Assembly: GCA_016934575.1 (NCBI GenBank)
Contig: JAFGSN010000052.1
Coordinates: 3,868 to 67,867, forward strand
DNA from: Vicinamibacteria bacterium
GTDB taxonomy: Bacteria > Acidobacteriota > Vicinamibacteria > Fen-336
Direction: 5' to 3'
Length of the DNA stretch: 64,000 nt
Below are positions 58,757-64,000 of the stretch, in pieces (the first letter of the stretch is position 1; every line of letters starts with the position of its first letter). The position numbers were made by a program, and so were the translations under genes. A model generated the notes under the pieces. It worked only from the letters and a program-made list of their open reading frames with translations. It did no database searches and was not told where the DNA came from.

Positions 58757-59986
58757 GTGTCTGCCCCCGCGCCGGCTCCAGGGCCGCGTGGCCGCCTTCT
58801 GGTTGCTCCGTCCACGCCGGGCCTGCTGCTTCTCCTGGCGACAGCGACCATGGCCGTCGCGCAGGAAAGCCGCCCCGCGCCGTTCTTCGATGCGCGTACA
58901 TATCAGACGGAATACGTAGGGCCCGGACGGGACGCGCCCCAACCGACGGACCTGAACGAAGTGCGGATCGCTTACTTCGGACCCGCCGATGAGGGCCATC
59001 CCGACTGGGGCGAGGCATGGCGCGGCGCGAGTCTCGCGATAGAGAAGGCCAACGCCAACGGCGGCCATCAGGGCAAACCGTTCCGTCTGCTCTCGGCTTG
59101 GTCGGACAATCCTTGGGGTTCAGGTGTCGCCGACCTCGCCAGGCTGGCGTTCAAGGAAGGCGTCTGGGCGATCGTGGGCGGCGTTGACGGCGCCACGACG
59201 CACCTCGCCGAGCAGATCGCCGTCAAGGCCAGGCTACCGCTCGTGAGCCCGGGATGCACGGACCCGAGCGTCAACTTCACCAACGTGGCATGGATGTTCA
59301 CTCTTCTTCCCACTGACGACCGGATCGCGCCCTTGCTCGCGAAATCCATCGTCGAGAGAAACGCGGATAAGTCGTGGGCCGTCGTCACAACGAACAACCG
59401 CGACGTTCGCGCGGCATGGAGCGCTCTCCGCCTCGGGCTTGCGGCGCGTCGCGCGCGGTCGCCGTCGCTCCACTTGACGTTGACGACTTCGACGCCAGAG
59501 TGCGCACGCGCCGCCCGCGAAGTCGCGCGACACAAACCGCGCCTCGTGCTGGTTCTCGCGACCGCCCGCGACGGCGCTCGCATCATCAAAGCGCTTCGAT
59601 CTGCGGGTTGCGACGGAAACGTCATGGGCGGCGCATCGTTCGGACATCGGCCGTTCTCGCTAGAAGCAGGCCCGACGGCCGATGGAGTCGCTTTCCCCTT
59701 GCTCTTCGACCCGGAAAACCCGGATGCGGACGCCTTCATTCGAGCCTACAAGGCCCGTTGGGGCTCGCCGCCGGACTTTCTGGCGGCCAACGCATACGAC
59801 GCGACGGATCTGATCGTTGGCGCCGTGGACCGGGCCGGCCTGAATCGCGTCCTGATACGCGACGCTCTCGCAACGCTCGCGCCCTGGGACGGAGTCGCGG
59901 GCCGAATCGCCTGGGATTCCACCGGACGGAACATGCGTCCAGTCACGATGGGCGTCTGGCATGACGGCCATGTACGCCGGCGATAG
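58757..59986 (+). CDS. Second periplasmic binding protein type I (LivK-like), orphan paralog
   Basis: GTG start 58757; hydrophobic signal region LLLLLATATMAVAQES; IAYFGP, GVWAIVGGVDG PBP-I-like motifs. Confidence 0.6.
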   Translation: MSAPAPAPGPRGRLLVAPSTPGLLLLLATATMAVAQESRPAPFFDARTYQTEYVGPGRDAPQPTDLNEVRIAYFGPADEGHPDWGEAWRGASLAIEKANANGGHQGKPFRLLSAWSDNPWGSGVADLARLAFKEGVWAIVGGVDGATTHLAEQIAVKARLPLVSPGCTDPSVNFTNVAWMFTLLPTDDRIAPLLAKSIVERNADKSWAVVTTNNRDVRAAWSALRLGLAARRARSPSLHLTLTTSTPECARAAREVARHKPRLVLVLATARDGARIIKALRSAGCDGNVMGGASFGHRPFSLEAGPTADGVAFPLLFDPENPDADAFIRAYKARWGSPPDFLAANAYDATDLIVGAVDRAGLNRVLIRDALATLAPWDGVAGRIAWDSTGRNMRPVTMGVWHDGHVRRR

Positions 59987-60111
59987 CCGCGCGTCATTCG
60001 GGAGTCATGTGATAAGCTCTATGAAATCATGGGTATGACTTCGAAGCTGTTCATGCTTGTAATCCGGCGTTTCAACTACGCTCAATCGGCCCTTTTTCCA
60101 AGATTCAAAAC

Positions 60112-60140
60112 TTGACAATTAAGAGCATATGCTCATAATA
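60112..60140 (+). promoter_or_regulatory. Sigma-70 promoter TTGACA-N17-CATAAT with embedded 12-bp perfect palindrome operator
   Basis: TTGACA 60112-60117, CATAAT 60135-60140, spacer contains GAGCATATGCTC (60123-60134); in AT-rich stretch directly upstream of DUF134 gene (RBS GAGGTG, ATG 60155). Confidence 0.5.
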
Positions 60141-60154
60141 GACCGAGGTGTGCA

Positions 60155-60475
60155 ATGCCTCGACTTCCGGACTGCCGGCGTATTTCAGCGGACCCCGTGG
60201 TATCGATCTTCAAGCCCGCCGGCCTTCCGGTGAGAGGGCTCAACCAGATCGAAATGACGCTGGACGAGTTCGAGGCGATCCGACTCGCCGATCTGGAGGG
60301 CTTGTATCAGGAACAGGCCGCGGAAAAGATGCGGATCTCGCGTCCGACGTTTGGTCGCATCATCGAATCCGCGCATCGCAAGGTGGCGAAGGCGCTGGTG
60401 CAAGGACGGGCGCTCGTCATCCGCGGAGGCTTCGCCCACATGGCCGGAGAGCGCTGTCCGCGTTGTCGCACGTGA
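60155..60475 (+). CDS. DUF134 (UPF0251) family predicted DNA-binding protein
   Basis: 106 aa; LDEFEAIRLADLEGLYQEQAAEKMRISRPTFGRIIESAHRKVAKALVQGRAL matches DUF134 sigma-70 region-4-like HTH pattern. Confidence 0.75.
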   Translation: MPRLPDCRRISADPVVSIFKPAGLPVRGLNQIEMTLDEFEAIRLADLEGLYQEQAAEKMRISRPTFGRIIESAHRKVAKALVQGRALVIRGGFAHMAGERCPRCRT

Positions 60476-60523
60476 ACGCGCCCCGCTGGAAACGTCAATG
60501 CGGTCTTTGGATGCAAACGGAGG

Positions 60524-60892
60524 ATGAAAATGAAAATCGCCTTCACGGCGTCGGGTGAAACGCTGGACGCGCCGCTCGACGACCGTTTCGGCCGCGCCCC
60601 GAAATTCCTGATCGTCGATCCGGAAAGCGGCGCCCTTGAAGTCATCGACAATCTGCAAAACATGAACGCGCCCCAAGGCGCCGGCGTTCAGTCCGCGGAA
60701 ACGGTGGCGCGCTCCGGCGCGAGTTGCATCGTGACGGGCCATTGCGGGCCGAAGGCCTTTCGAGCGCTCTCCGCGGCCGGCATCAAGATCTACAACACGG
60801 ACGCGACCACCGTCGCCGAGGCGCTCGATCGATTCCGCTCGGGCACGCTCGTTCCGGCCGTATCCGCGGACGTTGAAAGCCACTGGATGTGA
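60524..60892 (+). CDS. NifX/NafY/NifB-C-terminal-like dinitrogenase FeMo-cofactor-binding domain protein
   Basis: 122 aa; MKIAFTASGETLDAPLDDRFGRAPKFLIVD...GAG...IVTGHCGPKAF...GIKIY matches Nitro_FeMo-Co domain. Confidence 0.8.
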   Translation: MKMKIAFTASGETLDAPLDDRFGRAPKFLIVDPESGALEVIDNLQNMNAPQGAGVQSAETVARSGASCIVTGHCGPKAFRALSAAGIKIYNTDATTVAEALDRFRSGTLVPAVSADVESHWM

Positions 60893-61383
60893 GCGCGACC
60901 GTCATCGCCTATCGACCGATCGGCGTAATCCGTAGCGAACATTTCGTCGTGGACAAGACGCCCATCCAGCCGATCTATGCGCGCGGATGCAAAGGGCAGG
61001 CGGAGGTGTTCCCGGAACACTCGGAGGGATTGAAAGACCTGGACGGCTTCTCTCACCTCTACCTCATTTATCACTTCCACCAAGCCGGGCCGTCGCGACT
61101 GGTCGTCGAGCCGTTTCTCCAGGACGTTGCGCGCGGAGTGTTCGCGACACGCGCTCCTTGTCGTCCCAATCCCATCGGCTTGAGCGTCGTGGAGCTGATC
61201 GGCCGTGACGGCAACGTTCTCCAGCTTGATGGCCTCGATGTTCTGGACGGCACGCCGCTGCTCGACATCAAGCCGTACACGGCCAAGTTCGACCGTATCG
61301 ACGGCACGCGCAACGGCTGGCAGGACTTTTTGGACGATGGAACTGCCGGAAGGCGAGGAAAACGCGGGTACAAGGAACCATGA
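60889..61383 (+). CDS. TsaA/YaeB (TrmO)-like SAM-dependent methyltransferase-fold protein
   Basis: GTGA overlap with upstream stop; PIGVIRSEH, LDGFSHLYLIYHFH, GVFATRAPCRPNPIGLS, DGTPLLDIKPY motifs typical of TsaA family. Confidence 0.8.
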   Translation: MSATVIAYRPIGVIRSEHFVVDKTPIQPIYARGCKGQAEVFPEHSEGLKDLDGFSHLYLIYHFHQAGPSRLVVEPFLQDVARGVFATRAPCRPNPIGLSVVELIGRDGNVLQLDGLDVLDGTPLLDIKPYTAKFDRIDGTRNGWQDFLDDGTAGRRGKRGYKEP

Positions 61384-62258
61384 AGACGTATCTCGACTGC
61401 ATTCCCTGCTTCGTGCGCCAAGCGCTGGAGGCGGTTCGTCCTCTCACAACCGACGTCGCCGTCCACGAGCGAATCGTCCGGGAAGTTCTCCGCTCCGCCG
61501 CGGAAATGGATTTCGCGCAGTCGCCTCCGTCAATGGGACAGTTTATTCATCGACGATTGCGCGAGATTACCGGCGTCGCGGACCCGTATCGCGACAAGAA
61601 GATCAGCTTCAATCGCATGGCTCTGGAAATGCTCGCCGAGAACAAGGCCCGTGTCGAAGCCGCGTCGGATCCCCTGGGAACCGCCGTTCGCCTAGCCGTC
61701 GCCGGGAACGTCATCGATCTGGGCGTCAAGGGCGGCCTGACGGAAAGCGATGCTCGCGAGGCGATTGAAAGAGCGCTTTCGGAGCCCCTCCACGGCGACG
61801 TGAACGAGCTGCGCCGCGCCCTATCCTCGGCCCGGCGCATTCTCTACCTGACCGACAATGCCGGCGAGATCGTTTTCGACCGTTTGCTCATCGAACAGCT
61901 TCCCCTGGATCGCGTGACCGTCGCCGTCCGCGGGCGTCCGATCATCAATGATGCGACTCTGGAAGACGCCGTCGCCGCCGGGCTCGATTCGCTAGTTGAA
62001 GTCATCGACAACGGATCGGACGCTCCGGGCACGATCCTGAGCGATTGCAGCGAAGGCTTCAGGGAACGATTCCGGACGTCCGATCTGATCATCGCCAAGG
62101 GCCAGGGCAATTTCGAAACGCTCTACGACGACGGGAACGACGTCATGTTCTTGTTCAAGGCGAAATGCCCCGTGATCGCCGCTCACATCGATCTGCCCCT
62201 GGGATCGCACGTGATGACAAGGCCGCCGAAAGCGGCGCGGGACGCGCGATGCCTCTGA
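61380..62258 (+). CDS. DUF89 (ARMT1-like) family protein
   Basis: ATGA overlap; MKTYLDCIPCFVRQALEA N-terminus and overall pattern of DUF89 metal-dependent phosphatase/damage-control family. Confidence 0.7.
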   Translation: MKTYLDCIPCFVRQALEAVRPLTTDVAVHERIVREVLRSAAEMDFAQSPPSMGQFIHRRLREITGVADPYRDKKISFNRMALEMLAENKARVEAASDPLGTAVRLAVAGNVIDLGVKGGLTESDAREAIERALSEPLHGDVNELRRALSSARRILYLTDNAGEIVFDRLLIEQLPLDRVTVAVRGRPIINDATLEDAVAAGLDSLVEVIDNGSDAPGTILSDCSEGFRERFRTSDLIIAKGQGNFETLYDDGNDVMFLFKAKCPVIAAHIDLPLGSHVMTRPPKAARDARCL

Positions 62259-63136
62259 ATACCCCGCCCGATCTGCGAGTCGTCGTGGCTTCCGGCAAGG
62301 GCGGAACCGGAAAGACGACGGTCGCGCTGAATCTTGCAAGCGTCGTGGCCGCGCCGGTGCAGCTTCTGGACTGCGACGTGGAGGAGCCGAACGTCCACCT
62401 GTTCCTCGAAGGCTCGACACGAAGCCGGGAGATCGTGTCGATTCCAGTTCCCGAGGCGGACGCGTCTCTCTGCGACGCCTGTGGCGAATGCAGCCGCTTC
62501 TGCCAGTATGGCGCGATCGCCGTTCTCAAGGATCGCCCGCTCGTGTTCGCCGAGCTATGCCACGGATGCGGCGGCTGTGTCAGGGTCTGTCCGAGGAGGG
62601 CGCTCCATGAGGTCGGACGACGGATCGGAACGGTTGAGGTGATCGCCGCGAATCACGTCACGCTCATTCAGGGTCGGCTCGACGTGGGCGTGGCCATGGC
62701 GCCGCCCCTCATCAAGGCCGTCAAGGCGCGCATGCGCGCCGGATCGATCGCGATCCTGGACGCTCCGCCGGGCACATCGTGTCCGGTGATCGCCGCGTTG
62801 CGCGATTCGGACGTCGCCGTGCTCGTTACCGAACCGACGCCTTTCGGCCTTCACGATCTGAAGCTGGCCGTCGAGACGGTTCGCGCGATCGGCGTTCCTC
62901 TGGGAGTGGTCGTCAATCGCGTCGGTATCGGCGACGATCGAGTGCATGCCTATTGCAGCGAACAGAGCCTCCCTGTTCTCGCGGAGATCCCGGACGACCG
63001 GCGCGTCGCCGAGGCCTATTCCAGAGGCGAGATCATTGTGAGCGCGTTGCCGGATTACCGGTCCGTTTTCGAGCGGCTGTGGGATTCCGTCGTGGATCTC
63101 GGCGCGCGGCAAGGAGATCAACATGCCGATGTATGA
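62249..63136 (+). CDS. MinD/ParA/Mrp-family P-loop ATPase with inserted 2x[4Fe-4S] ferredoxin domain
   Basis: Deviant Walker A GKGGTGKTT; two Cys clusters CDACGECSRFC and CHGCGGCVRVCP; start ATG 62249 overlapping DUF89 3' end. Confidence 0.8.
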   Translation: MPLNTPPDLRVVVASGKGGTGKTTVALNLASVVAAPVQLLDCDVEEPNVHLFLEGSTRSREIVSIPVPEADASLCDACGECSRFCQYGAIAVLKDRPLVFAELCHGCGGCVRVCPRRALHEVGRRIGTVEVIAANHVTLIQGRLDVGVAMAPPLIKAVKARMRAGSIAILDAPPGTSCPVIAALRDSDVAVLVTEPTPFGLHDLKLAVETVRAIGVPLGVVVNRVGIGDDRVHAYCSEQSLPVLAEIPDDRRVAEAYSRGEIIVSALPDYRSVFERLWDSVVDLGARQGDQHADV

Positions 63137-63383
63137 GTATGAGTGTCGATCGTGCGGTCATCGCTTCGAAAGCCGCCAATCGATCAAGGATGATCCGTTG
63201 ACGAAATGTCCGAGTTGCCAGGGCAACGTGCAACGATTGGTCACCGGCGGTTCCGGTTTTATCATCAAAGGTGGGACCGGACGAATTGGAGGGCGGGAAA
63301 ACGCGTGTTCCCTGGAGCAAACCGGACGGACGTGCTGCGGGCGAAGCACTCGTTGCGACCAGCCTGCCTGTGAAAGCCAATGA
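63123..63383 (+). CDS. FmdB-family zinc-ribbon protein
   Basis: MPMYEYECRSCGHRFE...CPSCQG classic FmdB CxxC...CxxC zinc ribbon; overlaps upstream gene end. Confidence 0.8.
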   Translation: MPMYEYECRSCGHRFESRQSIKDDPLTKCPSCQGNVQRLVTGGSGFIIKGGTGRIGGRENACSLEQTGRTCCGRSTRCDQPACESQ

Positions 63384-64000
63384 CGATCTCCGCGAGAAAA
63401 CGACACGTCTACGGTCCGGTTCCCTCGAAACGTCTGGGACGCTCCCTGGGACTGGATCTGGTCCCCTTCAAAACCTGCACTTATGACTGCATCTACTGTC
63501 ATCTGGGTCGGACCACGAACAAAACCATCGAGCGCAGGGAATACGCGCCGATCGATGCAGTCCTGTCGGAGCTCGAAGAAAGACTGCGACAAGGCCCCGC
63601 GCCGGATTATCTGAGCCTGGCGGGTTCGGGCGAACCGACGCTCAATTCGAAGATCGGCGATCTGATCCAGGCGATAAAGAGAACGTCCAGCATCCCCTTG
63701 GCGGTTCTCACGAACGGCTCCCTGCTATGGATGCGCGACGTTCAGGACGCTCTCATGGGCGCGGATCTCGTCATCCCGTCGCTCGACGCCGGTGACGCCA
63801 AGCTGTTCGAGCAGGTCAATCGTCCCCATGAAGGAATCTCCTTTGAAGCCATGGTCGACGGACTCATCCGCTTCAGGGAGCGGTTCGCGAAGTCGATCTG
63901 GCTCGAGGTTCTGTTGCTTTCCGGCTACACGGGGACGATTTCCGAAGCGGAGAAGATCGCCGCCGTCGCCAATAGAATACGACCGGACAGGATCCAACTC
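63380..64000 (+). CDS. Radical SAM enzyme (5' portion; runs off window end)
   Basis: ATGA overlap with FmdB stop; translation contains LGLDLVPFKTCTYDCIYCHLG (CxxxCxxC) and SLAGSGEPTLN glycine-rich SAM motif; no stop before position 64000. Confidence 0.75.
   Translation, partial: MTISARKRHVYGPVPSKRLGRSLGLDLVPFKTCTYDCIYCHLGRTTNKTIERREYAPIDAVLSELEERLRQGPAPDYLSLAGSGEPTLNSKIGDLIQAIKRTSSIPLAVLTNGSLLWMRDVQDALMGADLVIPSLDAGDAKLFEQVNRPHEGISFEAMVDGLIRFRERFAKSIWLEVLLLSGYTGTISEAEKIAAVANRIRPDRIQL

Noticed and set aside
1-64000. CRISPR arrays, tRNA/rRNA genes, IS elements/transposases, integrases
   Set aside because: No direct-repeat/spacer periodicity, no tRNA-like cloverleaf ends (GTTCGAATCC-type T-loops) in intergenic regions, and no transposase/integrase-like ORFs were seen. 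The few intergenic regions are short and promoter-like.

Overview
This is a GC-rich (~65-67%) chromosomal segment from a diderm (Gram-negative) bacterium. Gene content and domain repertoire (PSCyt-type cytochrome domain, CRTAC1/ASPIC-UnbV proteins, PD40 and YVTN propellers) suggest an Acidobacteriota/Planctomycetota-like soil organism. Coding density is high and most genes are housekeeping: fabI, metK, murA, mutY, ileS-lspA-lgt, rluD, a KDO/LPS block (kdsB, kdsA, a GT39/ArnT-like transferase, kdsD, kdsC, lapB), and an L-arabinose operon (FucI-like isomerase, araB, Zn-ADH, araD). I found no rRNA, tRNA, CRISPR or transposase genes. Five regions stand out. (1) A 2,061-codon ORF (37046..43228) encodes a complete TamB/AsmA-like module fused in frame, with no intervening stop, start codon or signal peptide, to a complete POTRA + Omp85/TamA-like beta-barrel. 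That would be a single-polypeptide inner-to-outer-membrane bridge. It is preceded by a translationally coupled PilZ-DUF4177 gene. (2) A sigma54 NtrC-type response regulator / histidine kinase pair (45057..48066, minus strand) sits divergent from an ~11.5 kb operon (48406..59986). The operon carries a well-matched -24/-12 promoter with an upstream inverted-repeat enhancer. It encodes a RidA-like protein, a PD40 propeller with Planctomycete-type cytochrome c domains, a CRTAC1-family FG-GAP protein, a 10-heme cytochrome (8 CxxCH, YVTN propeller, di-heme peroxidase domain), a Reg_prop propeller and two orphan LivK-like binding proteins. (3) A seven-gene start/stop-overlapping operon at the 3' end (60155..>64000) runs DUF134 regulator, NifX/NafY-like FeMo-cofactor-binding domain, TsaA/YaeB-like, DUF89, MinD/Mrp ATPase with ferredoxin insert, FmdB zinc ribbon and a radical SAM enzyme. 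It sits behind a near-consensus sigma70 promoter with a perfect 12-bp palindrome. (4) A 946-aa RelE/ParE-like N-terminus + UvrD-like SF1 helicase + ankyrin-repeat protein (9833..12673). (5) A ~34-codon N-terminal remnant of CTP synthase (pyrG) lies between kdsB and kdsA. All function calls are from reading the translations, since no searches were possible.
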